Shown piece by piece: positions 24,567 to 34,730 of a DNA stretch of 64,000 bases (the stretch's first letter is position 1; the number at the start of each line of letters is the position of its first letter). Origin of the DNA: an uncultured Fibrobacterota bacterium (lineage in GTDB: Bacteria; Fibrobacterota; Chitinivibrionia; Chitinivibrionales; FEN-1185). The stretch spans positions 32,001 through 96,000 of the forward strand of contig CAVWBU010000015.1 in assembly GCA_963753345.1 (NCBI GenBank), written 5' to 3'. The notes under the pieces were generated by a model. The model saw only the letters and a program-made list of their open reading frames with translations. It made no database searches and was not told the DNA's origin. Position numbers and translations under genes: made by a program.

Positions 24567-24735
24567 AGCCTGCTCTTCCCCCCGGTTAACCGACTATGCA
24601 AGAACCATAATCTCTTCTCGGCCTAACCGCCCTTTTCGGGGCGGCCAAACGGTACTGCCTATAATATAAGTATTTTTGCCCCGAAAAGTGCAAGTCGAAA
24701 CATTGGAGGAGACAGGATGGCTCCAGTATATAGAG

Positions 24736-24894
24736 ATGGGCGTTCCCCGCTCCCTCGACTCCGCTCGGGGGCGGGTCGGTCATCCCTGCGGGCTCGGCTG
24801 TTCGCCTCGTTGCCGGACCGCCCTAAGCCGTTGGCGCGGGTCGGCCGGCAATCCCGCTACGGCGGGACCGCTCCGGTCCCCCTAACGCGCGGCA
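24736..24894 (+). repeat. Family A structured repeat, copy A1
   Basis: ATGGGCGTTCCC...GGGTCGG...GGCTCGGCTGTTCGCCTCGTTGCCG...CGGCAAT...CTCCGGTCCCCCTAACGCGCGG. Confidence 0.9.
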
Positions 24895-24974
24895 GAAGAA
24901 ATCCCATCAGTCAATCTCATCTCTTGCGCCAGCCGAATTCTCATTAAGGAGATCAACGATCTTGCATGAATTTT

Positions 24975-25164
24975 TTCAACTCTTCAACTATTCAACGTTT
25001 CAACTGCTCCCCGTGGGTGCCCCCACAACCATGTATCGCGCTTGCCGCTGCACCATCAAGGGGTGCACCCTGGAGGGGGTAGCGGAGGACCAGACGCGCA
25101 TCTCCGGAATGCTGGTTTGCTAATATGCGCGGTCGGGCCGCAGCTAGGGGGATACATCCCCCAT
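24975..25164 (-). repeat. Family B structured repeat (B1) with GTTGAA tail
   Basis: Reverse complement closely matches 62851-63044, including the trailing 8-mer array. Confidence 0.88.
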
Positions 25165-25174
25165 AAAAGCTCTC

Positions 25175-26167
25175 TTATAGAAATTTACGCGGAAATTTCC
25201 TCCTGTAAACGATGTACTTAGTGAACGCATACGACGCCTTTGCCGCAAGGCTCATTAGCGTAAGGCGGCTGAATGCCGCCGTATACGAAGGGTCGAAGTA
25301 GCAGTTGATATGGCAGCCTTCGCAGAAAGGGTAGGAGCCCTGGCGCCGAATCGATTCGCCGCGGCCGGGATCACGCAAAGCTTCTGCCAGGGATTCACCG
25401 ACAGGCACGAATGCGGCGGCATGATGGAAACAGGGAAGCGCGATCCTGTTGTCGGGAAGCACCGCGATGGCGGAAGACGCCGCCCTGCACGGGCTTCGCG
25501 CGGTATGGTTGCCGCCGTCGGACCGGAGCGCAAGGTGCGCCCTGTTGAGATAAACACCCGGCTTGCGCGACCAGGCACGGGCCTTTTGGTGCGTTTCCCG
25601 GCTTGCGATGTCCTTTCCGTCGAGGGAAAACACAGGATCGAGGATGGCCATGAGTCTGTTGTTGCGCGCCAGCTCGTACACGCCCCGGAACGAGTCGATG
25701 TTCTCATTCGTGTAGGTAAAGAGCAGGTCCGGAACCAGATTGTTGGCGAGGGCGGCCGGGATGCTTTCGAGAACTTTGGAGTATGAATCGCAGCCGCGGA
25801 TCCTGTTGTGCAATGCGGCGGTGTCGGCATCAAGGCTGAAGTGAAGGAGGCCGACGAGCCCGGCAAGCTCGCGCGCGCGGTCGGGGAACAGGAGACAGTT
25901 GGTGGTGACCGAGGTGATGAATCCGAGGCGCAGGGCCGCGGCGCAAAACGCGGGAAGGTCCGGGTGGAGCAGCGGTTCCCCTCCTGTAAAGTCGACGAAA
26001 CGGCAGCCCGCGCGCCTGGCATCCGCGAGGTTTTGCAGAACCTGGGCGGGCTGCGCGTCGGCCTTGGGTTTGTCCTGCCAGATGGTGCAGAACGCGCAGG
26101 CCGCATTGCACCGGTTGGTCACAAAGTACTGGAGGAGGATCGGTCTCAGACGGCCCGCCCTTTCCAC
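25175..26167 (-). CDS. Radical SAM protein with C-terminal SPASM/twitch-like Cys cluster
   Basis: CNAACAFC (CxxxCxxC), 'FTGGEPLL', 'PC...CEGCHINC'. Confidence 0.88.
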   Translation of the reverse strand: MERAGRLRPILLQYFVTNRCNAACAFCTIWQDKPKADAQPAQVLQNLADARRAGCRFVDFTGGEPLLHPDLPAFCAAALRLGFITSVTTNCLLFPDRARELAGLVGLLHFSLDADTAALHNRIRGCDSYSKVLESIPAALANNLVPDLLFTYTNENIDSFRGVYELARNNRLMAILDPVFSLDGKDIASRETHQKARAWSRKPGVYLNRAHLALRSDGGNHTARSPCRAASSAIAVLPDNRIALPCFHHAAAFVPVGESLAEALRDPGRGESIRRQGSYPFCEGCHINCYFDPSYTAAFSRLTLMSLAAKASYAFTKYIVYRRKFPRKFL

Positions 26168-27276
26168 GCAACCTTGCGCGTGAACGGGATGACAAGCGCG
26201 AGCACGGCGGTTTCAAACAGCATGAACACAAAGTAAACAGGAAACAGGAGCGCGTTTTCGCTTGAGCAAGTCTTTCTGAACCCGACATGGACATAGGCGA
26301 TTGTCAGAAGAAAATTGAAAAAAGCGAGCATCGCCGCGGCGCCCGAAACAAAACCGGCCAGCCCTGCGACAAACGCGACATTCTGGAAGGTGAGCAGAAG
26401 ACCCGGCCAGAGCAGCGGCGAGCGGAAGGTAAAACCTCCCCGAGCCCACCGGAGAGCCTGGTGATAAAACCGCCCCGCGGTTTCACACGGGGAGGTGAAC
26501 GCCTGCGCCGAAAACGGCTCGGCAGGAACAATCTGCATCCTGCGGCGCCTGAAGGCGGCATACAGGTCGCGGTCCTCCACCATGCTGTAGCCAAGGCCAG
26601 CCTGGCCGCCGATGCCGTTGTACGCGTTTTTCCGCACCAGAAGGTTGTTGCCCATGCACGAGCCGCCGATGCCGGCGATGTGGAACGCGTAGGCGGTCGC
26701 GAAAAGAAATTCCAGCTGGAACCGCTGGACAAAAGAGAAAACGCCGCTGGTTTCTTCCATGAGTGCGGTGCGGCCGAACGTCATGTCGCCGCCGCGGGCC
26801 GCGTTTTTGGCCCAGGATGCAAGCCAATCCTCGGAAAACCGCATGTCGGCATCGCTGAACAGAAGCCATTCATGGTGGCTGCGGGCCGCACCGACGTCCA
26901 GCGCCTGCTGCTTGCCGGAGAGCCGGACGCGGGCATCGTACGCCGAGTCGGCAACGGAAATCGGCGCCGGGAACGCGCCGACGAACGGCTCCATTGATTT
27001 CCGGTAATCGTCGGAGGAGCCGTCGTTGACCAGTATCACTTCCCAGGCGCCGGCGTATTGCTGGGACGCAAGCGAGGCGAGAAGGCGTCCCAGATTGTGC
27101 GCCTCGTTGCGAAAAGGAATTATCACCGAGATGCCCGGCAGCGTTCCTGCGGGATCGGGCGGCGGCGCGCGGAGCGCGCGGTGCGCGGCAAGGCGGGCAA
27201 TGAGCCACACCAGCAGACCGGTGTAGGCCGCACACCCGGCGATAACGGCAAGATCTGTCACGGGAACGTCACTCAT
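26146..27276 (-). CDS. Membrane glycosyltransferase family 2
   Basis: 'SVIIPFRNE', 'VNDGSSD', 'FSDAD', 'VED', 'QALRWARG', TM helices at both ends. Confidence 0.88.
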   Translation of the reverse strand: MSDVPVTDLAVIAGCAAYTGLLVWLIARLAAHRALRAPPPDPAGTLPGISVIIPFRNEAHNLGRLLASLASQQYAGAWEVILVNDGSSDDYRKSMEPFVGAFPAPISVADSAYDARVRLSGKQQALDVGAARSHHEWLLFSDADMRFSEDWLASWAKNAARGGDMTFGRTALMEETSGVFSFVQRFQLEFLFATAYAFHIAGIGGSCMGNNLLVRKNAYNGIGGQAGLGYSMVEDRDLYAAFRRRRMQIVPAEPFSAQAFTSPCETAGRFYHQALRWARGGFTFRSPLLWPGLLLTFQNVAFVAGLAGFVSGAAAMLAFFNFLLTIAYVHVGFRKTCSSENALLFPVYFVFMLFETAVLALVIPFTRKVAWKGRAV

Positions 27277-27411
27277 GCATAAAGAAATTGTTGATACGGC
27301 GCCGGTTATTGTATAATTATAAATAGAATCTGCTGTTGTAAATATACGTGCGAGCCGGTGCGTGCAGACATCCAAAACAAACGCCAACGGGAGAGTGGAA
27401 AAACACCTGCC

Positions 27412-27798
27412 ATGACAAAGGGAATCGGCGTCGATGTGGTCGAGGTCCGGAGGATGCGCGAGATGATCCGGAAATACGGGGACCGTTTCCTGCAGAAGGT
27501 GTTTACACCGTCGGAAATCGTCTTCTGCGAGAAGATGGCTGCGCCCGAAATACATTTTGCCGGAAGGTGGGCGGTCAAGGAGGCTTTCTACAAAGCGTTG
27601 CCGCGTGAATGCCAGGTTCTGTCCGGGTGGAAAAGCGTGGAAATCGTTCCCGGCGCGTCCGCGGCTCCGGTGATATCGGTGTGCAGCGGTTCTCTCAAGA
27701 GCGAAATGGACAAATGCGGAATTGAACGAATTTTCTCGTCGATCAGCCATGAAAAACAGGTGTGTGTCGGGATGGTGGTCATGGACGGCAGGGGATAA
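27412..27798 (+). CDS. acpS: Holo-ACP synthase
   Basis: 'GIGVDVVEVRR', 'AGRWAVKEAFYKAL', 'SISHE'. Confidence 0.92.
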   Translation: MTKGIGVDVVEVRRMREMIRKYGDRFLQKVFTPSEIVFCEKMAAPEIHFAGRWAVKEAFYKALPRECQVLSGWKSVEIVPGASAAPVISVCSGSLKSEMDKCGIERIFSSISHEKQVCVGMVVMDGRG

Positions 27799-27865
27799 GG
27801 CCGGGGACGGTTGTATCCTGCAGGGTCGCGCGGCGAAGCGCGCCATAGGCATCGGGAGGCAGAGC

Positions 27866-28618
27866 ATGCATCGTGTCGTGAATGGAGTTGCAGCGCGGTT
27901 TCTTATCGTGTGGTATCCGTTTTTCATGGCAGCGCCGTTATTCGGTCAGGAGCCGGAATCAAGTCCGCAGGAAGCGGCCCCTCCCGCAGAGCAGACGGCT
28001 CCGGCGCCAGCGGCGCCCGCGGCTGCTCCCGCCGCAACGGTGCAGGATGCCGTGCTAGAAGGCATTCAGGTTTCAAGCGAGCCGTCCAAGGACAACCCGA
28101 AGGATTTTGTCGTCACCTGCTATTTTATATTCCACGACAAACCAACCAGCTATTTTTATGAAACGAAACGGAAGAACAACAAGCTGATATTCGAATTCAA
28201 CGATGCGCAGACGGGCACGTCTCCCATACCCTCCCAGAGGGTGTCTCCCATCGATGGGTTCCTGCTCGAACAGCGCAAGGTTGACATCAATAAGGACGTA
28301 AAAGGCCTTACGCCTGAGTGGCACGATCAGCTGTACGTCACCTTCAGCCTTTCCGCGATTCCCAAGATTCATGTCGCCGACGAATACAACGTGATCTCGT
28401 ACAGCTTCACCTGGTCCACCGACCCGGCAAAGCTCAAGATGCTTATTGACAATACGGGAAAAACGAACTGGGGGCTTGTGGGCGGGCTGGCCGGCGGCGG
28501 CGCCGTCGCGGTCGGGGTCGCCCTCTATTTCCTGCTCAAGCCTGCTCCTCCGCTCCCGGCTGCGTCGCCGCTGGACACCTCCGATCTTCCCGGGCGTTCG
28601 CTGCCGATGCGGTGGTAA
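27866..28618 (+). CDS. Exported protein with Pro/Ala linker, AMIN-like domain and C-terminal TM helix
   Basis: GGAGG RBS, signal peptide; strong paralogue of 28677-29456. Confidence 0.7.
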   Translation: MHRVVNGVAARFLIVWYPFFMAAPLFGQEPESSPQEAAPPAEQTAPAPAAPAAAPAATVQDAVLEGIQVSSEPSKDNPKDFVVTCYFIFHDKPTSYFYETKRKNNKLIFEFNDAQTGTSPIPSQRVSPIDGFLLEQRKVDINKDVKGLTPEWHDQLYVTFSLSAIPKIHVADEYNVISYSFTWSTDPAKLKMLIDNTGKTNWGLVGGLAGGGAVAVGVALYFLLKPAPPLPAASPLDTSDLPGRSLPMRW

Positions 28619-28676
28619 AGGTATTGACACCTCCGCATACGGAGGGTATTTTTCATCAACGTTGCAAGGAGGCCGT

Positions 28677-29456
28677 ATGCGCGGATGCGGACATAAATTT
28701 CTTAAACGCTTTCTTATCCTGTGGTTTCCCTTTTGCATGATCGCCCCCGCATTCGGCCAGGAGGCGCCGAAGGAGCTCGTGCCTCCGTCAGAGGAGCCGG
28801 CCCCGCCCCCGCAGCCTCCGGCCGGCACGCCTCAGTCCCCTGCGCCTCAGTCCGTCGCGCCTGTCAACCCTGTGCAGAACGCGGTCATCGAAGGAGTGCA
28901 GCTTTCCAGCGAACCTTCGAAAGAAGCGAACGAAAGCATCATCACCTGTTACTTTATTTTCAGGGACAAGCCTTCCAGCTATTTCTACGAAGTAAGGAAG
29001 AAAACAAACAAGCTCGTTTTTGAATTCAACGACACGCAGAAGGGCAACTCGCCGGTCGCTTCGCAGAAGCTTGCCCCCATCGAGGGCTTCGAGCTCGAGC
29101 AGGGCAAGATCGACGTGAACAAGGAAGTAAAGGGGCTCAATCCCGAATGGCACGACATGGTGACGGTTACGTTCAGCCTGAGCGCGATCCCGAAAATCAA
29201 CGTGGCCGATGAGTACAACGTCATTTCCTTCAGCTTCAAGTGGTCCAGCGATCCTGCAAAGGCAAAAGCGCTCGTTGCGCACGAGGGCGGCGTGAGTCCC
29301 GGCGCCGTGGTCGGCATAAGCGGAGGGGTCCTAGTGGCGGGGGGAATCGCGGGATACTTCATCTGGAATGCTCTTAAGTCCCGCCAGCCCACCGGCCCCC
29401 TCGGTGACGTTGATACGTCCGACATTCCCATCCACGTGCAGCCGCTTTGGAAGTAA
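28677..29456 (+). CDS. Tandem paralogue of 27866-28618
   Basis: Shared 'TCYFIF.DKP.SYFYE', 'NK.VKGL.PEWHD', 'VADEYNVIS'; TTGACA-N17-TATTTT at 28624. Confidence 0.75.
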   Translation: MRGCGHKFLKRFLILWFPFCMIAPAFGQEAPKELVPPSEEPAPPPQPPAGTPQSPAPQSVAPVNPVQNAVIEGVQLSSEPSKEANESIITCYFIFRDKPSSYFYEVRKKTNKLVFEFNDTQKGNSPVASQKLAPIEGFELEQGKIDVNKEVKGLNPEWHDMVTVTFSLSAIPKINVADEYNVISFSFKWSSDPAKAKALVAHEGGVSPGAVVGISGGVLVAGGIAGYFIWNALKSRQPTGPLGDVDTSDIPIHVQPLWK

Positions 29457-29660
29457 AGCGGACCGGCCGGGTGCCCTAAGTTGACATTTGCGATGGTTCG
29501 CGGGAAGGGGGAGCGCAGTGCGGCTCTCCCTTTTCCGTTTGTGCCGCGGATCCCAACGCAGTTGTTTTGCCGGGGCGGGGCTCTCCATAGTATTTTGGAT
29601 GCGTGCGAGGCTTGGTGTCCGCGAGGGGCGTTGTAACGTCGGCAGCTCCGGAGAAAATGC

Positions 29661-30344
29661 ATGAACGCGCAGGAAATCGAAACAATTGCGGCGGGCGTTC
29701 CGCTATTTTCCTGTTTGTCGAGCATGGACCGTTCGGCAATCTGCAGAATCATGATTCCCAGAACATTCAAGGCAAACGAGGTGATCGTCCACGAGGACGA
29801 CGACGAAGGACAGACGTTCTTCGTGATCGTGTCGGGCCGGGTGCATGTGGCGGTCATCACGTCGGAGGGCAAGAGCGCCATTCTCGCCACACTCAAGCAG
29901 GGCGATTTCTTCGGGGAAATGGCGATACTCGACGGCGAGCCCCGCAGCGCGTCGGTGATCGCGTCGGAGCCGTGCACGCTGCTCATGCTGTACCGCAGGA
30001 TGTTTATCGACATCATGCAGCGGTATCCCAAGATCACCATCAGGATCCTTGTCGAAATGTCGAAGCGCCTCAGGCGCGCCAACAAGCATATCAATACGCT
30101 GTCGCTCATGAGCGTCTACGGCCGGGTGGCCGACGTTCTTCTCCAGCTGGCAAAAGACCAGGGAATAAGGGCGGGAAGCATGATCATCGTCCCGAACAGG
30201 CCCACCCACCAGGTGATCGCCGACATGGCCGGGACGAGCCGCGAAACCGTATCGAGAATTATGTCGCAGCTACAGAAAAAACACTACATCGCCGCCGAAG
30301 GAAAGAAACTGGTAATATTGAATGAAGAAAAACTACTCGATTAG
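29661..30344 (+). CDS. Crp/Fnr family transcriptional regulator
   Basis: cNMP-binding 'GDFFGEMAILDGEPRSASV'; HTH 'THQVIADMAGTSRETVSR'. Confidence 0.93.
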   Translation: MNAQEIETIAAGVPLFSCLSSMDRSAICRIMIPRTFKANEVIVHEDDDEGQTFFVIVSGRVHVAVITSEGKSAILATLKQGDFFGEMAILDGEPRSASVIASEPCTLLMLYRRMFIDIMQRYPKITIRILVEMSKRLRRANKHINTLSLMSVYGRVADVLLQLAKDQGIRAGSMIIVPNRPTHQVIADMAGTSRETVSRIMSQLQKKHYIAAEGKKLVILNEEKLLD

Positions 30345-31092
30345 CATTCCCGCCGACCTTCTCTGGAAGGTGATCCTGCCCTCGGCGGTCGTTCTGTGCC
30401 TCGCGGGAGGCGCGGCCGGGATTTTCATTGTTGACAAACTGGTGATGCCGGGCATCGTGCATACCGACCGCCAGGTGGTCGCCGTGCCCTCGCTTGTCAA
30501 GCTCCCCTGGGAAAAGGCGCGGCAGCGTCTGTTCGACGTGGGCCTGCGGCTGCAGGTGAGGGGACGGCAGTACGACGAGAAGATCGCGCGCGACGGCGTG
30601 ATAAGCCAGCAGCCCGGGGCCGACGAGAAGGTGAAGAAGGGCCGGATGGTGGCCGTCGTGCTGAGCAAGGGCTCGGAGACCGGCGTGGTGCCGGACGTGC
30701 GCAAACTCATCGAACGCAAGGCGGTGATCGAATTGCGCAAGCAGGGCTTTATCGTCGGCAAACGCAAACACGATTTTTCCGACTCGCTCGAAAAGGACAT
30801 GGTGGTCCAGATGTCGCCCGCGCAGGGCACGTCGATATCCAAGGAAATGCCCGTCGACCTCGTTATTTCCGACGGCGTGAAGCCCACGCACGCCGACACG
30901 CCCAACCTTATCGGAGAAAGCCTTCTCGACGCGAAGAAAAAGATCGAGGACGCTGGGCTCAAGCTCGGGAAGCTCGACTACAAGTCCAACGCGACCCTTT
31001 CGCCGGGGACCGTGATTTCGCAATCGGTGCCGCCCGGCAGCAGCGTGCCGCTCCAGAGCGCCGTCAATATCGTCGTTTCGGTGGTGAACTGA
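30322..31092 (+). CDS. Membrane-anchored protein with three PASTA domains
   Basis: N-terminal TM helix, then VPSLV/VPDVR/TPNLIG...G.VISQ repeats. Confidence 0.88.
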   Translation: MKKNYSISIPADLLWKVILPSAVVLCLAGGAAGIFIVDKLVMPGIVHTDRQVVAVPSLVKLPWEKARQRLFDVGLRLQVRGRQYDEKIARDGVISQQPGADEKVKKGRMVAVVLSKGSETGVVPDVRKLIERKAVIELRKQGFIVGKRKHDFSDSLEKDMVVQMSPAQGTSISKEMPVDLVISDGVKPTHADTPNLIGESLLDAKKKIEDAGLKLGKLDYKSNATLSPGTVISQSVPPGSSVPLQSAVNIVVSVVN

Positions 31093-31096
31093 TCCC

Positions 31097-32875
31097 ATGC
31101 GTTTTCGCGCATTTCCCCCCTGCCGTGTCCTGCGGAACCGCCGATGTCGCTCCCGCGCGGTTGTGCTCTGTCTGAGCGCGCTGCTGGCGGGGTGCGCGTC
31201 GGGTCAATTCCCGTTAATCAAGCCTGCGGAACGGCATTCGAGGGACTGGTACGCCCACCGGCGGGCCCAGGACTATTTCATAAGGGCCAGAGAGCTTGAG
31301 CGCCATGGGCTCACACAGATGGCGGTGCGGCTCTACGAGATGGCGCACGACCTCGATCCGGGCTCGGCCGCGCTCAAAGACGTACTGGTCCAGCGGTATA
31401 TTTATCTCGAGAAATTCAATCAGGCGCTGCTGTGCATACGGGGCCAGAAAAAAGAAACCGAGATTTCCGATTCCGACAAGACCTTGTGCGCGAGCATCTA
31501 CATGCGGATGGGACAGTACGTCCGCGCCGCCGACCTCCTGGAATCGGTCGCCGTCAAGAGCAGGGAAACGCGCTACATGCTCGGCATTCTATATGAATCG
31601 CAGGGCAATATTGCCATGGCCATCGCGAACTACAGGGCGTATCTTGACAAAGACACGTCGTCGGTCGACCTGGTCCTCAGGGTGGCGGCCCTGTACGGGA
31701 GAATGCGGAAGTGGGCCGCGGCGGAGAGCCTGCTTGTCGAAACGGGGGCGACCGGCGGCAAGAACCCGAGGCTGTTCAACGCCATCGGCGAGGTGAAGCT
31801 TGCGAAAGGAGATACCGCGCTCGGCCTTGACTTCTTCAAAATGGCGGCGATGATCGATTCGGGGAATCTCGACGCCGCCAGGAACATCGCGCAGGTGCTC
31901 ATCCGCAAGGGCGACTGGGCCGCCGCCATCCCTTATTATGAGAAGCTGCAAACCTCCGACAGCACCGGCGAGCTGTTCGGAAGAACCCTGGCGGTTCTCT
32001 ATTATTACGGGAACAGGTACGAAAAGGCGAAGGCGCTGCTCCGCACCATGCTTGCCTCGGACATCGAGGATTTCGAGCTCCACTACTATCTGGGACTCGT
32101 TTACGGCGCGCAGGATAGCCTCGATATGGCGAGGGTCGAACTCGAGAAATCGCTGGTGATCCGGCCCGACTATGCCGACGCGTGGATACAGGTGGTGTAT
32201 CTCGACATCAAAGAGAAGGAAATGGATGCGGCGCTCGCCGATGCGGGGCGCTTTACAAAAAGCGTGGCCGTGAGCCCGGCCGCGTGGCGGACGCTGGGCT
32301 ACGTGTACAACGTGCGCAAGGAGTTTTCGGCGGCGCTTCCGCACCTGCGGAAGGCGGTGGGCCTCGACTCGCTCGACGCGTTCGCGCTGTACGAGCTGGG
32401 CAGCGCGCTGGAACGCACCGGCGATTGCGGCGCGTCGGCCGTGGCGTTCAGGCGCGTTTTGCGCCTCAAGCCCGACGAAGTTTCCGCCGCGAATTATCTG
32501 GGCTACATGTGGGCCGACAAGGGCATCAAGCTCGACAGCGCCAGGGCGCTTATCGGATTTGCCGTGCGGCGCGACACGGCCAACGGCGCGTTCCTCGATT
32601 CGTATGCGTGGGTGTTCTACAAAATGGGAATGCTTGACAGCGCGCTCGTTTACATGCGGAAGGCGATCAAGCTGATCAACGACGACGCCACGGTGATGAG
32701 CCACTACGCGGACATCCTTCTCGTCACCGGCAGCAGACGCGAAGCGCTTGCGGCGTTCAGAAAGAGCCTCAACATCGATCCGAAATCGGACGAGAGCGAC
32801 CACGTGCGGAAAATGATCGGCGAGATCGAGGCGAAACAGGATGAGAAACCGGAGAAAAAACCGGCAGCGAAGTGA
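31097..32875 (+). CDS. TPR lipoprotein
   Basis: Lipobox LAGC; many TPRs; 'ANYLGYMWAD...AFLDSYAWVFYK'. Confidence 0.85.
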   Translation: MRFRAFPPCRVLRNRRCRSRAVVLCLSALLAGCASGQFPLIKPAERHSRDWYAHRRAQDYFIRARELERHGLTQMAVRLYEMAHDLDPGSAALKDVLVQRYIYLEKFNQALLCIRGQKKETEISDSDKTLCASIYMRMGQYVRAADLLESVAVKSRETRYMLGILYESQGNIAMAIANYRAYLDKDTSSVDLVLRVAALYGRMRKWAAAESLLVETGATGGKNPRLFNAIGEVKLAKGDTALGLDFFKMAAMIDSGNLDAARNIAQVLIRKGDWAAAIPYYEKLQTSDSTGELFGRTLAVLYYYGNRYEKAKALLRTMLASDIEDFELHYYLGLVYGAQDSLDMARVELEKSLVIRPDYADAWIQVVYLDIKEKEMDAALADAGRFTKSVAVSPAAWRTLGYVYNVRKEFSAALPHLRKAVGLDSLDAFALYELGSALERTGDCGASAVAFRRVLRLKPDEVSAANYLGYMWADKGIKLDSARALIGFAVRRDTANGAFLDSYAWVFYKMGMLDSALVYMRKAIKLINDDATVMSHYADILLVTGSRREALAAFRKSLNIDPKSDESDHVRKMIGEIEAKQDEKPEKKPAAK

Positions 32876-32935
32876 CGTGCCGCCGTCGCCGCACCAGCGC
32901 CCTCCGCATGTATCCTCCGTCACCCAAAGCTTTCG

Positions 32936-33661
32936 ATGCGCACACTCACCACAACAATTGCCACCTGCTGCCTGCTGCTTCTTGCCTGCACGGTGCGGCC
33001 GCCGCTCACCATGGATGCCGCGGTGGCCTCGATTGCTCCGGTTGCGGCGGCTGCCGACAGCGTGTTCTCCGTGCAGGGAAGCGGAACCGTTGCGGTGATG
33101 CAGAACGGGCAGGAACTTGCCGTAACCTTCGACCTCTCGTGGAACGGCGATTCTTCGTTTGCCGCGCAGTTCTACGGACCCATGGCTATGCCGCTTGCCT
33201 CGATACGCAGCGTCACTGCGATGCGGTGGCTCGTAACCGCGGGCGATTCCCAGTACACGCAGCACCCTTCGCAGCGCGTAAGCGTGGGGCAGGGGTTCGT
33301 TGATTTTCCGATGACCTGGGCGGAACTGCTTTCTGCCCTTACGCTCAGGTACCCATGCGCCGCGCACCTGCGCGGACGTCCCGACAGCATGTTTACCGAC
33401 AGGAAAGGCGCACATTGTCTGTGGCGGTCGCGCCGCTGCGGTGAGCAAACCCTCGACATTCAGGTTGCGCTCGATAATAAAACAGACCGCTTGGCCGAAA
33501 TCAGTTATGGTGCGGGCGGAACCGCGGGCGCAGGGCTGATTTTCGGAAAATTCCGCGATGGCCGGCCCAAAGAAATCCGGTTCGTTTCTTCAGACAACAA
33601 TTATTTTTACGTCACCTATCGCGCACTCACCGTGAATTCCCGGAAGGTCCGGTTGCCATGA
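32936..33661 (+). CDS. Lipoprotein, possibly LolB/DUF4292-like
   Basis: Lipobox LLAC; lies after a TPR lipoprotein; 'QFYGPMAMPL'. Confidence 0.5.
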   Translation: MRTLTTTIATCCLLLLACTVRPPLTMDAAVASIAPVAAAADSVFSVQGSGTVAVMQNGQELAVTFDLSWNGDSSFAAQFYGPMAMPLASIRSVTAMRWLVTAGDSQYTQHPSQRVSVGQGFVDFPMTWAELLSALTLRYPCAAHLRGRPDSMFTDRKGAHCLWRSRRCGEQTLDIQVALDNKTDRLAEISYGAGGTAGAGLIFGKFRDGRPKEIRFVSSDNNYFYVTYRALTVNSRKVRLP

Positions 33662-34683
33662 TTCGAAGAATCGCGTTGACCGCATGCGCAGCGGCCTGCT
33701 GTGCAGGAACCGCGTTTGCGCAGTCGGACCAGGCGGGCACGCGGGCATTCCCCTTCCTCAATCTCGATTACGACGCGCGCACCATCTCCATGGGCGGCGT
33801 GTCGGTCGCCGTGCCCAACGATTTGTACGGCGCGGTGAGCAATCCCGCGGCAATCGGCTACGTTTCAAAACGTCAGGTGGTTCTCGGGTACCGCTCGGTT
33901 ATCGACGACGTGTGGGGAAGCCCGGTGGCGGTGGCGCTGCCGTATTCAAACTGGGGAACGTTCGCGCTCAGCCTTGTCAACATATCCTACGGATCGCTTA
34001 CCGAGGTCGACGAAGGCGCGGACGGAACGCCGCAGACCACCGGAATTACATGGCATTCGTATTCCTTCGCCGGCAGCCTTTCCTGGGCGAAAATCGTGTG
34101 GGAGTCGCTTTCCATAGGAGGATCGCTGCGCGAGGTTCACGACTATATCGGGAATTCGGGCGGCACCGCGGAGCACTATACCGCCGACGCCATTGTGGTC
34201 CAGGGCGGGCTCCAGTACCGGTGGAACGGATCACGGGTCATTGTCGGACTTGCCGTCAACAACGCGGGGCTGATGATCTCGAGCTATTCCGACGAGACCG
34301 AGGACCTCAATATGCCCGTGTCGGTGTCGGCCGGCGTTTCCTACTCTCCGGAATACATCCCCAACCTGCGCGTTGCCCTCGACCTCGCACAGCCCGTGGA
34401 CGGTTTTCTCACCTACAAGCTCGGCGGCGAGCTTGACATTTACAAAAGGTACGTGATCCTCCGCGCCGGGTATTCCTTCAGCGAGCCCGACCTCGAATCC
34501 CAGATCAAGGTGTTGCAGGGCGAGAGTTCCGACGGGTACCAGAAATCCAACTGGGCAGGGTTTTGTTTCGGCGCGGGCTTCAACGCCGACATCGGCGTGG
34601 TGAATGCCGGACTCGACGTGGCGGTCCAGCTTATTCAGGACATGAACCCCGCGCTCGCCGTGAGCGTGATTGCAGGGTTCTGA
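33658..34683 (+). CDS. PorV/PorQ-family outer-membrane barrel
   Basis: 'AFPFLNLDYDARTISMGG', 'NPAAIG', 'LRAGY', C-terminal F. Confidence 0.8.
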   Translation: MIRRIALTACAAACCAGTAFAQSDQAGTRAFPFLNLDYDARTISMGGVSVAVPNDLYGAVSNPAAIGYVSKRQVVLGYRSVIDDVWGSPVAVALPYSNWGTFALSLVNISYGSLTEVDEGADGTPQTTGITWHSYSFAGSLSWAKIVWESLSIGGSLREVHDYIGNSGGTAEHYTADAIVVQGGLQYRWNGSRVIVGLAVNNAGLMISSYSDETEDLNMPVSVSAGVSYSPEYIPNLRVALDLAQPVDGFLTYKLGGELDIYKRYVILRAGYSFSEPDLESQIKVLQGESSDGYQKSNWAGFCFGAGFNADIGVVNAGLDVAVQLIQDMNPALAVSVIAGF

Positions 34684-34730
34684 AGACCTTCCGCGATTTC
34701 TCGTATTATACATTGTAATAAAAAAGAAGA

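Noticed and set aside
24736-24894. HDV-like or other self-cleaving ribozyme reading of family A
   Set aside because: The ends pair as a simple closing stem; I could not build the nested double pseudoknot or a hammerhead core.
26146-27927. Extended N-termini in the ORF track (GT2, glyQS, purC, lexA, DUF72, tsaB)
   Set aside because: The extensions overlap other genes or repeats; recognisable family sequence starts at downstream ATGs.
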